From: Paragordius varius
Taxonomy: Eukaryota; Animalia; Nematomorpha
DNA: 64,000 bases
Assembly: GCA_964247055.1 (NCBI GenBank)
Contig: OZ176051.1
Location: forward strand, 10,540,001-10,604,000
Direction: 5' to 3'
Part shown: one piece after another, positions 1 through 10,949 of the stretch
How positions within the stretch are numbered: position 1 is the stretch's first letter
Layout: every line of letters begins with the position of its first letter
Program-made: the position numbers and the translations under genes
The notes under the pieces: generated by a model
The model's database searches: none
What the model saw: the letters and a program-made list of their open reading frames with translations, nothing else
Told to the model about the DNA's origin: nothing

Positions 1-776
1 AATGGAATATGTAAAAATAATATTTCATTAATCGTCGATTCCTTTACCAATATTCGTAGGGAAATTAATATTATTGATCAAGGATCCCAAAAATCCTTTT
101 TTATTAACTATTGACCCATTTTATCATAGTAAGACTGCCGAATATTTTAACATAAAGGAACCAAAAACATAAAATTTAAAAATTAATGCCATTGTGACCA
201 ATAATGCAGTGAACATGAAGACTGCTGAAAATTTGATTAATACAGAATATTACCATAATATGGCATGGATGCCAATGTCATATTTTAAATAATTTGATCA
301 AAGAATATATTAAACTTATTAAGATTACTGAAATTTTAAATGTAGTGAGCACGATTATATATTGCATTAAATCTAATAAATCGTATAAAAAATTTAAAGT
401 ATAAAAAAATCTGAACCATCCTAAGTTAACGTTAAGTTGATGGATGACTCGTTTTTACCCAATCTAAATAATTAGAGCTTTAGGTTTGAATAAATCCATA
501 TTTTCTCGTTAGTATTAGCTTTCTGTGATTTGAAACTTTCTATAAGTCTTTATGTATGATTCCAGGAAAGATCGTTAATTGTAGAAATTTAATTTATCAG
601 GATTGGTGAAAGTATAATTTAAAAAAAGATATACTTTATGTAAAAACCTTTTTTATGATATTTAATCAAGTATTTATGTATGTAGTTATTTATTATTGGC
701 ATAACATATGGTATGACCTAGGTCAGACATAGGTCTGACACCTTTTTCAAAAAAGGGGGTCAAAATCACAACCCTA
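1..776 (+). mobile_element. Degenerate hAT DNA transposon, 3' portion
   Basis: 182-400 translates with a frameshift to INAIVTNNAVNMKTAENL...HGCQCHILNNLIKE, matching the hAT VTDNAANM and CxxH motifs. It ends at 776 in ...aaaatcacaacccta, a hAT-like TAGGG terminus, with small subterminal palindromes at 715-740. The left end is outside the window. Confidence 0.7.
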
Positions 777-1039
777 ATGATGATAAACATTTTCACATGA
801 GGGTTAAAAAAAGAGTAAAAAAAATAATAGCTGACAAAATGAATGAAAAATTGAAAATGGCCAAAATTAAAATATTAATAGTAATAAAAAAGATATTCGG
901 GTAGTGAAAGCTATAAATGATAAAAATAATAACACAGTTATTGATATTTTTAGCAATAAAATGTATTGACACAATACATGCAAAATATACTAATTTTCTA
1001 GCATTCAAACTTCGAGATACCAAACTTACCTCCAGTTAT

Positions 1040-1575
1040 TGGGCCACCCCCAATCATTACCACAGAAGATGTTAGCTTAGCTATGCAAAAATGTAAATTT
1101 AATAAAGCGCCTGGTCCCATTGAAATTAAAACTGAAATGTGCGAGAATATTCCTGAAGCAATTTCCTAATTCACTGAGCCATTTCTGATTACAATGAAGG
1201 AAAAAATCTAAATTCCTGGAACCAAAGTATCATAATTCCAATATATAAAAACAAAGGCGACATGCTTAACTGCGACTCCTGTAGACCATTAAAATTATTT
1301 GAACATGCAACATAATTCTTTATTATAATAGAAAGGTAAATACCTCATCTTCGCAAAACCCAATTTTCAACAAGGTGTCAGCAGCTCTGACGCCATATTC
1401 ATTCTTAGTAGGTTACAAGAGAACTACCAAAGCGAAAATAAATATCAGATCTTTATTGATTTAAGCCGTGCATTCGACTGCATCCCGCGGTCCATGATCA
1501 TATTTGCTTTACAAAAAAAGAAATTCCGGAATGGATAAAAATAATAAATTTACTATATGAGAACGTTTCCAGTTG
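1040..1575 (+). mobile_element. RTE-type LINE reverse transcriptase fragment (decayed)
   Basis: Broken translation ITTEDVSLAMQKCKFNKAPGP...IIIPIYKNKGDMLNCDSCRPLKL...SDAIFILSRLQE...FIDLSRAFDCIPR, corresponding to the N-terminal motifs of non-LTR RT. Contains stops and frameshifts. Confidence 0.9.
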
Positions 1576-2623
1576 CGTAAGAACCCAACCGCGAATATAA
1601 TCCATAAAGTAAAAGAAACATTTGCAAGGGGGTTTGCAAGAGAGATCGTTAGCGATAACGCTTCGGATTTTAGTAATGAGTACTTCATGTCTACTTTAAG
1701 TACGTTAGGGGTGAAACATATTAAGGTTACCCCCTACCATTCTAAGAGTAATGGGATGCTAGAAAGGTTAGTTGGTACAATAAAAAATAAATACAAAAGA
1801 ATAAAAATAATGCGATATCCACCCACGAAGTGTTTACTAGCCTATGGGCGTATAGAAACTCTATACACTTTAGAACAAGAGAGACCCCGGCCCAATTAAT
1901 GTTCAAGCGTACACCCCATACCCCCTTAACCTGGTTAGAGAGTTTAGCAAGATTGTTAGATGAAACCCCGACGTCAGTTTGTGAGCAATGAACCAGTATT
2001 GATCAAAAATGAACTAAGTTTGGCTCGCAGGAGAGAATACGGACCTCACAGGGTTATTTTTATGGAAGGTATGGGACAAAAACCGGGAGAAATCGTGAGG
2101 TAACACGCCGATCAAAGGGCACACCAACCACAACAACAAACTAGCAACACAAGTGATGATGTAAACACTGCCAAGGAGATGTAACGATTGCCGAACATCA
2201 ACCAAACAACACGATCAACCCAAGTGACCAAATCGAACCGATTCCCCAGGTAGCCGAAAGTCCAAATTATGATAATATCCAGGAACCTGCGACAACCAGC
2301 TCCCTCACAAAAATACAGGAACGACGATACCCGATAAGAAATAGTCAGAAATTCACCCGCTATCGTTAGAAGAGGGTAGTGATGTTATAGTGGTAACTGA
2401 CAGGCTAATTTGAATGAACCTTATATTATACTATTGGATTAACCGAACAAACATAATTTGTTATATATTAATATAATGACCTCGTAACTTATGTTTGTAA
2501 TATTATTATATTATTAGATTAACCTTACCATCACTTGTGACTATTATTATTATCCCTTAAAATTGTATAAAAGCAAACATCTCATCTTGATATATGTAAA
2601 TACATTAGAACTAATTAAATTAG

Positions 2624-2654
<31 letters not shown>

Positions 2655-2664
2655 GATCATTACA
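1576..2664 (+). mobile_element. Ty3/Gypsy LTR retrotransposon 3' fragment (integrase core, PPT, 3' LTR)
   Basis: ORF 1573-1899 has the rve core (IVSDNASDFSNEYF...TPYHSKSNGMLERLVGTIK). The pol C-terminus RRYPIRNSQKFTRYR* is followed by the purine tract agaagagggtag (~2368-2379). The putative LTR runs tgttat (2383) ... attaca (2664) with a tataaaa box near 2566. Confidence 0.85.
2624..2650. repeat. (AT)n microsatellite
   Basis: Directly visible dinucleotide run inside the putative LTR. Confidence 0.95.
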
Positions 2665-3683
2665 AATTTTGACTTTATTTAACTCCCATTCTTGTAAATT
2701 TAAAATTTGTTTCATTAAAGTACATAAATATTATATCTGAATTGGTCTAAGACCGAAGAATTTTTTATATTAGAGATTATCGATAATTTTTGGTTCCGTT
2801 TTTACATTGAACTCAAAATTTTGGAATTTAAAAGTTTTAGATATGAAGCCATGTACTTTATATCATTCGAAAGAGCGCGAATCTTACAAATGGTAGTAAG
2901 TAATTTAAATTATTAGATGTAAAAGTTATTTGGGTTTATATGGTAAACATTTTTAACCCTTAAGTAAGTCAAAAATTTTTACAAACAAACCAATTTATAA
3001 TCATAATAATTAGTTTAATATAATTATTAAGGTTATATTAGTATTTAATTAATAAAAATCTTTGAAAAAGCTTTTGGTTTGTTTTTAATAAAATTATTCA
3101 TATCATAATTATTTTGCATAGTGGATACTCAAATGCTTAGTTATAACTGTAAATTATTACATAATGCCTATAAAATTCAAAATTACCTTAAACTTTGTTT
3201 TTGTCTTAAAAATTTTGAAATTATAAGCCTCGTGTTGATGAGATGGTAAATTTTAAAAAACAAAAAAAAATAAAAATGGCTATTTTGAGTGTCATAAAAG
3301 CAATAAAAAATGTTTTAATCAAAAAATCTTTCTTGTCTTATCTTATTTGGACATTTATCAAGATCTAGAAAAAATTTGAGCTATTTTCTTCCATTAATTT
3401 CAAAAATATATTAATTAAAAAAAAACGCTCTCACTTTCCCCGTTTGTCGTTCTCTATGTCCAATATTGATTACTAGTGTTGAACATATTAGTATGCATTT
3501 AATAGAGTTTCTATTAATCTTTCTAATGATATATTACAAATGGGCATTTGTTGTATATTTCAAAGAAAAACATTTTTTAGTAATATTTTGATAAAGAGGG
3601 CGCATAATCAAAAAATCAAATTATACAAAATTCTTACGTGGAGTTATAATTTTTATTTCAGATTTAGTTAAAATGATGGTAAA

Positions 3684-4914
3684 CACTGTGTGCAAAAAAG
3701 TGGGTCATTTTGATTTAACGAAAAAATTTTTTTCATGAGATAGCTTATGACCAGCGTATTCATTTGCCGCAAAAATTTATATTTGTTGACAACTTAGTTT
3801 TTGAAATATTGAGAGAAAATCGAAATCGGGCAAAAAGTGAAAATTAAGGATAATTCAAAAAATAATGATAAAATTTGAAATATTATCGTTTATTATCATT
3901 TTAAGGGATATTTTCATTATATAAATAGCCTAAAATCACATAGTTAAGGTTTCTATATATTTTAGATCAAAAGATGGCGTTCTTCTTTTATCACACAAAG
4001 ACAAAAAAATTAATGAAACTATATTAAAATAATTTTTTTTAATTATTTACTACCTAAACTTTCTATTAAAATCTTAACATTCATATTTTGTTCAGTAAAA
4101 TACACTCCCAAGTCAAAATAAAACCAAAAATTTTGTTTTTTTATTTTTGCATTTTTTTGTCATCTGATTTATGAGTATATAAAAAATACTGTTTTATTTT
4201 GGATTCTTACATGATTAGGCATTATTAAGTATATAATTGATGCAAATATGATTTAAAAGTAGTGGAATATCAACCAACAATCCTTACAATTTCCTGTAAC
4301 AAGTCTGTTTTATGACAATTGTATTGGTTGTACGGATTGTTGGTTAATATTCCACTAATTTTCAATCTTATATTGCATAAATTATATACTTAATAATTCC
4401 CACTCATTTAAGAATCCAAAATAAAACAGTATACATTTTTTATACACTCATAAACCAGATGACAAAAAATGCAAAAATAAAAAACAATATTTTTGGTTTT
4501 AATTTGATATACAAGTTTATTTTCCTGAATAAAATATAAATGTTAATTTTAATAGTGAGTTTAGGTAGTAAATAATAAAAAAAATTATTTTAATATAGTT
4601 CCATTAACTTTTTTTGTCTTTTAAGTATGATAAAAGAAAAACGCCATCTTTTGACCTGAAATTTTATAGAAACCCTAACTATATGATTTTAGGCTATTTA
4701 TATATTGAAAATATCTCCTAAAATGATAATAAACGATAATATTTCAGATTTTATCATTATTTTTTGAATTATCCTAATTATCCTTAATTTTCACTTTTTG
4801 CCCGATTTCGATTTTCTCTTAATATTTCAAAAACTAAGTTGTCAACAAATAAAAATTTTTGCGGCAAATGAATACGCTGGTCATACGCTATCTCATGAAA
4901 AATTGCACACAGTG
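3684..4914. mobile_element. Foldback / Tc1-mariner-like non-autonomous element with ~600-bp inverted arms
   Basis: Starts cactgtgtgcaa (3684) and ends ttgcacacagtg (4914) followed by TA. The arms are reverse complements all the way to a ~40-bp spacer at ~4288-4328. No coding capacity. Confidence 0.9.
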
Positions 4915-5069
4915 TAAATATGAGAAAACGCATAAAACTCGAGTTGCAGAAAAATTTGTTGTCCAGAGGTATATACCAACGAACATTTATACAATAAATT
5001 TATCCATTGACGTTACTTGTGGTCTCCATTTATTAAATAAACAATTACTTTGAAAAATAGCCTTATACA

Positions 5070-6952
5070 TAAGGTGACCAGATTTTTTGAAGGAAAAAGC
5101 GGGACAAATCTGAGAAGGGGGGTAGGTCATTGGGAGGTACAACCCAAAATTTTTATATTGTAATATTTTTTTTAACACAAATACATTATAAATATAAAAA
5201 AATTTGTACCTTACAGGTTGTTTATACCTTATTCAATAAATTTACATGTGCACGAACAGAGAGTGAAGTGATTGTAATATTCTAGAAAAAAATTATAAAG
5301 ACGAAATCATCACAAAGTGCGCTGGGTGATGCAAGAAGCGGCAAAAAAAAATTTTGATAAATTTAGCGAATAATCTTAATCAAAACATTATTGGCAGATA
5401 CACAACGCTATTCAAACAGCTACTGATTTGTTACCCCTGGATGTTGAAAATATAGATGTTAAAATGCTTGGATATTGTAGAACTGTTGGTTAGCTCCTTT
5501 ACCAGCGATTAAAATATTTATAAAAATGTGATCTCATAGAATCCTATTTTTTATCACAGGACAAAGGTCAAAATTCCAAGTCAAAAAAGGTTATAAAATA
5601 ATTTTATATCATTACCTAATCGCAATATTATAAGGCATCCAGAAAAACAAGGCTCAATAAATAGCCAAAATATAAAAATGTTTTATACAAACAGCAACGA
5701 TTATTTGGAAGACAAGACGGTGCACAATGACACTTTTTATGAAGTCTCATTATTTAATAAATATATTGAATGAAAACTTATATTATGGAAAACAGTAAAA
5801 AATAGGTAGGATAGAAATGGTTAAAATAATTATTTTTAAACAAATTATGTTCCTTACAATAATATTTTAATGTGGAATTCGCACTATCTTTACCTGGAAC
5901 CAACGCTGCTACTGAGCGCGATTTTTCCACAGTAAATCAGGTGTGGACATCGGAAAAATCAAATTTAAATGTTGAATAAAAGCCCACCGGGTAGAGAAAT
6001 ATCTTAATTTTAATTTTTGCTCGGTTTCTGAATCAAAATATCTTATTAAAGTGGGAAATAATTTTGTTTTATGGTGAGTTGATGCATCAGAGTATAGGGA
6101 TAATAAATTAATTTTCAGCAAATCTTTTTGTATTTCAGAAAATGCATGTGGCGAAAGGACATTGCACACAATGGCTTCAGCCTTTGTACGGGCACATGTA
6201 AATTTTTTATGGAATAACGTGGGAATAATCTGTGAGATACAATACATAGATCTAAAGGAATGATTGTGATTAACGGCGTGAAAAGATAACAGGCCCTCAG
6301 CTAGTGCCAAATTCTTTTCTTCCTCTCCAAAAGCGGTTTTTCGAAAAAAATCGCTAATTTTGTAAGATGATGCCGCCATATCTAAACATTTTTTATGTTT
6401 CTGTGTTTCCATATGCTTTGTAATATCATGCTTGCCGCCATGTGCTAGGGTGAATTCCCCCTCGCATATAATACATTTAACAGTTGATTCATTCTTCGTT
6501 TTTTTTGATAAAAGGAAAATCTTTCATTAATTCATCGTTGAATTTACAACCTCTTTTTGTGCTCATATTTATAAACTACTATTAGTATAATAAATATTAT
6601 ATTACCTTAATTTTCTGGAATAAACGTGTAAGGTACCGATTTGTGGTATCAAGTCTTTTAATCTAGAGATTTGTGGTATTTTGGCTTTGTGATAATAATG
6701 ACAGTAGTATTAGGAAGGAAAGTGTATAATTATATGATATAAATTCGAAAAAAAATATTTTTAATTTAAAAATAAAATTAAAATTTATATAGATTTTAAA
6801 GATATTTAATGATAAAAAAATTATTTGTATTAAAAAAAAATTTTTTTTATATAGTCGTGAAAAGCGGGACATTTTAAAAACGTAGAGGGACGCGGGACAA
6901 AGTGTGAATAAGCGAGACTGTCCCGCCAAAAGCGGGACGTCTGGTCACCTTA
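5070..6952 (+). mobile_element. hAT (Blackjack-like) DNA transposon, internally deleted and rearranged
   Basis: 13-bp TIRs taaggtgaccaga (5070-5082) and tctggtcacctta (6940-6952), perfect 8-bp TSD cttataca (5062-5069, 6953-6960), and repeated gcgggac subterminal motifs. Transposase remnants: HNAIQTATDLLPLDVE (+, ~5400-5450), dimerisation motif LSLPGTNAATERDFS (+, ~5885-5930), and an N-terminal BED-like/SDAS region on the minus strand (ORF 5909-6412 and upstream). Confidence 0.95.
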
Positions 6953-7079
6953 CTTATACACCATACGAAAGTGTAGATTTTATATGAAAAACGATACACA
7001 ACACTAACTTGTATCTTTTTAAACAGTAAATAAGAAATGACTCCTATTAAAGATTTAAGTAATATATAAAGCACCATCT

Positions 7080-7600
7080 AGTTACTTAACACTATATAAA
7101 TTAAATAGCATCCGAACTTAAGAAAACCACCCTAAAGTATATGACAATCGAGAAAGCTACACAATGATTACAAACGTTTCATACACCTGCGGGACGCGCC
7201 AATAACTTTAGAGGCTAAGGCGAAAAGAGAAATCATAAAAAGAAAAAGATTTAAAAAAGCAAATGAAAACCTGCTATTATGGTAAAATAACGAACGAAAA
7301 TAGCTATCAAAATAAATAATAGATGATTGGAAATGGCCAATTAACCTAGAGAAATAAAAAAAAGTTTTTAGATTACTAAAAAAATTAATATAAAAATATC
7401 CGTTTAGTAAAAACTATAAAATATTAATATCACAGTTGGTTACACTATTATAAAATGTATGGACAAATATATGGAAATTACAAGAAACTTTTAGCACACA
7501 AATGAGCTACCAAACCTAACTTCGATCATTGGGCCTATAATTATTACGACAGAAGATATGACCTCAGCCATAGAACAATGTAATCAGGTACCACCGAAGT
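7080..7600 (+). mobile_element. RTE-type LINE fragment (pre-RT region, heavily decayed)
   Basis: Broken translation ...KKVFRLLK... and IITTEDMTSAIEQCN (~7540-7585), which is homologous to the start of the 1040-1575 LINE fragment. Confidence 0.6.
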
Positions 7601-7779
7601 ATATACCAGAAACAACTTCATATTTCACGCTTATAATTAATTAGAAGGAATTTAAACGATTTGAACCAATATTCCAATCTGAATAAACGGGAAATATATC
7701 AAGCCTCATTCGAATCCATAAAAGCCTCTTTATTTTAATATGATGGCTCATTTGGGGAATAGTGTCCTACCCAGCGGTC

Positions 7780-7960
7780 GATATAAAAAAGAACTAAAAT
7801 TTTGCTTTTATATGGGGACTGCCTGAACCCAATTTTGATTTTATACCGTCTAATAACTTCATGATGAATTGGGTATATCCTTAGGGGGGTTTTCATGCAT
7901 AAATGGCATTTTACAAGGGAACGCGTAAATAGAGTGGTTAATTTGAAAGAGTGGCTCGAA
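7780..7960 (+). repeat. Diverged dispersed relative of the 480-bp satellite monomer (probable Helitron remnant)
   Basis: cctacccagc...actaaaattttgctttt and aaatggcattttacaagggaacgcgtaaatagagtggttaatttgaaagagtggctcga align colinearly with monomer ccttacccagc...actataatttctgcctttt and aaatggcattttacggggggagcgggtaaaaagagggcctaaatcaaaaaagtgactcga. Confidence 0.7.
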
Positions 7961-7990
7961 GTTGAAACTTGTCCATAAATGATTAAATTT

Positions 7991-8369
7991 CTTGATTACA
8001 ACACATGCATATCAGTTTTTCGATTCAATTGGGGTCACTATGATAAGACCTATTTGAAATATGGAATGAAAGACCATTGATGAACTGAAATATATATGAA
8101 GATTCATTCAAAAATCTAAATTATACTTATTTTATGGAAATATGAGGCTAAAAATTTAGTCAATATAAGTTTGCATTAGCTAAATATAAAAAAGACACGA
8201 TGTTCATTGACACAGTTTGATATGGATTTTTTTTTCAAAACTAAATTTTACTTTTATAATTTTAAATAGGATAGAAATCTAAATTTAAATTGAAATCGTT
8301 CCTTTTAGTTTTTTTATAATATCTTTTATACGGTGTGGGGTCACTGTTACCCCAATTTTAATCGAAAGG
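7991..8369. mobile_element. piggyBac-like MITE, degenerate, same family as 34261-34842
   Basis: Left end cttgattacaacacat...ttcgattcaattggggt. Right end accccaattttaatcgaaagg followed by ttaa (8370-8373). Confidence 0.55.
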
Positions 8370-8519
8370 TTAATCTATATATCAGTAAAATTCTAAAATG
8401 TTTGGGAAATTTTCCGTAGCAGTGAAAGTCTGCTTTAATTCAAAAGTGGATACATTTATGAATGCGCCAACTAGAGTTAAGCCATTTTTTTGAATGAGCC
8501 ACTCAATATACCCCACACA

Positions 8520-8700
8520 TATATAAATGGCTTGAGTTAAGTAAAGTCCCCAAAAATATTGTTTGGAAACCTCTAAACCCATTTTTATATACTTTTGTAC
8601 GTTTTTGTGTACGCGCCGAACATTGTCGGCCCGGTTTAGAAATTGAGTCTTTGTATATAGCTTTTTTTCCCCAAAAAATACATTCTCTATTAAAAAATAA
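8520..8700 (-). repeat. Second, more diverged dispersed relative of the satellite monomer
   Basis: The reverse complement contains cgacaatgttcggcgc (15/16 with monomer cgactatgttcggcgc), followed colinearly by acaaaagtata and ccaaacaat...acttaactca. Confidence 0.5.
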
Positions 8701-10530
8701 ATTTTCCAAAACAATTTTTATCATTTTTTCCCAAAGTTTTAGACAATATAAAATTAATAGGTGTGCTAAAGGCGAAAAGTTTACGCAGCGAGACACTTGG
8801 TGATGCTTCCCTCTATGTAAAGCGCCATATAAAAATGTCGTAATTTTGAAGAAAATTTTCGGAATACTATGAGTGAGACCATAATGATTGGATAAAGGTT
8901 TTAGCTTTTTGAAAGAAAAACTTTATTTAAAATAAGATAATGGTTAAAGCTTCACATTATAAAAAATACGCCACCATATAATAACGGGGTTTTAAGGCGA
9001 TTCCTACATTATGAGATATAGATAAAATTTAGCGTTCATCAAAAAATGTTTGATGACTGCTGGATTGTGATTCGTCTGTAGTCATCGCTAGCTCCTCACT
9101 TATTCGACAGTTCTGACATTCAGGATTCAATTCAGTTCCTTCATTATACAATACTGAATACAATCTTGTTTAAGTTTGCCCAAAGCATTGTAGAAAAGTG
9201 CTAAAAATATTTAATTTTACTCATGAAAAAAATACTTAATTACAGACAAAAAATATTTTTGAAATACTTGGTGTAACCTGTTATAATTATAAATTTATTC
9301 ATAGTATCCGAAATAGTTCGAATTTCATTAAATATGATTGCCGCCCAATTATATTAATATTTTTTTAATAATATTCAAACTAATTTGAATCAATATTTAA
9401 TTTATTATAGTAGTACCGTTCAAACATAAAATCAATTTAATTATTAATAATATGAATTAATCCCTTATTTACAAACCTTAAATTTTTTTTATCTTTTAGT
9501 AAATTAAATTAATATATGTAAGGGTACATGACTTTCTCGTATAATCGTTATTTTTTTAATTAATTATAGAAAACAAACATTCCGGTTATTGCATCTACTG
9601 CATGTAATATAATTGCCAATCAAACAGAATTTTATTCTTAACACTTCATTATCTTTTCATTTTTTTGTTACATCAGACTTTTTTAGCGCCATTTTTTTTA
9701 TATCGCCACCAGGCAAATAACCTCAAGCAGATTTCAAGCTACATTTTACCACCAAAACTTTATTTATTTTGATTTTAATATACGTTCCATTCAATCGTGT
9801 TTTGGACCTCTAATTAAATCTCTAAGTCACCAAAAATATAAATTTTAGCTAATACATAGAACAATATTTGAAAATTATATATGTCAAAAAAATTCAAAAC
9901 TTAGAAATTGAGCTCTGCAATGTTAAACCACCCCAAAAGGTAAAATTAAAAAAGTGAAAAGGTAATGAGGTAATTAACACTTCCATTTTGATGGGTTTAG
10001 TTACCCAGGACTTTTAAGTTGATATTTAAAAAAAACTAAAACGGTGTCAATTTAAATGTATGCATTTATCATAATAATTATGATAAGCGAAAATTTGCAA
10101 ATTTAAATTATTTTATAGACATTTTTATTTTAGGAAATTTTGCAAAATCGTGTTATTGATAACGATAAATTTAAATTTTTTATTTTTATCACATCCACAT
10201 TGATGTAAAGAGAAAAAGTTGTTTATTTTGCATGTAATATTTAGCTAATGAACGCATCTTATAAATTCAGCTCAAAGTTTACCCATAAAAATAATATGAG
10301 GTGTTTTGGAATCTTTTTTATATTTCGGTGCTTCAATGTTATATTAGAAAAAACTTGGTTTGGATTGCTCAATATTTTTATTATTTGATTTAGGACAGGC
10401 TTGAGGACAGAAATAAATATACATTGGCTTAAAATATTATTAATTTAGGCGTAAAAATATGAATTTTCTAAATATTTCAATTCACATAATTGTATCAGAT
10501 ATAATATGAATGACATGTGCAATCATAACT

Positions 10531-10949
10531 ATGCCAAGTGCGTCAGGTGGGAAAAAAGCAAAATCTACAAGTGACAATAAAAAATCAGAAAAATCCAATT
10601 GTAATAAAATTAAAGTAATTTACATTATATTTTTAGGTAAGGCACATATTATGCGAAAAAGAATCAAAATGTAAAGAAGCTTTGGCCAAATTGGAACAAG
10701 GTGGAAAATTTAATGAAATAGCAACTAATTACAGTGAGGATAAGGCTCGACACGGAGTAAGTTTTATTTGGTTTAAATAAAAATTTTTAGGGAGATTTGG
10801 GTTGGATGGATAGAACATCCCTTGTTAAGGAGTTCGCTGATGCTGCATTTGCTTTGCCCATAAGCACAATCGCATCTCCCAAGTATACAAACCCGCCTAT
10901 TAAAACCAAATTTGGATATCACATAATTATGGTTGAAGATAAAAAATAA
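10531..10949 (+). CDS. PIN4: Peptidyl-prolyl cis-trans isomerase NIMA-interacting 4 (parvulin-14), 120 aa; join(10531..10614,10637..10756,10791..10949)
   Basis: Spliced translation [28 protein letters not shown]|[40 protein letters not shown]|[52 protein letters not shown], which has the diagnostic Par14 motifs. Two phase-0 GT-AG introns of 22 and 34 nt. Confidence 0.97.

Noticed and set aside
8990-9760. Short acidic or Cys-containing minus-strand frames (LNPECQNCRISEE..., YITCSRCNNRNVC)
   Set aside because: Too short and broken to assign. They could be a decayed transposase or UTR-adjacent exons.
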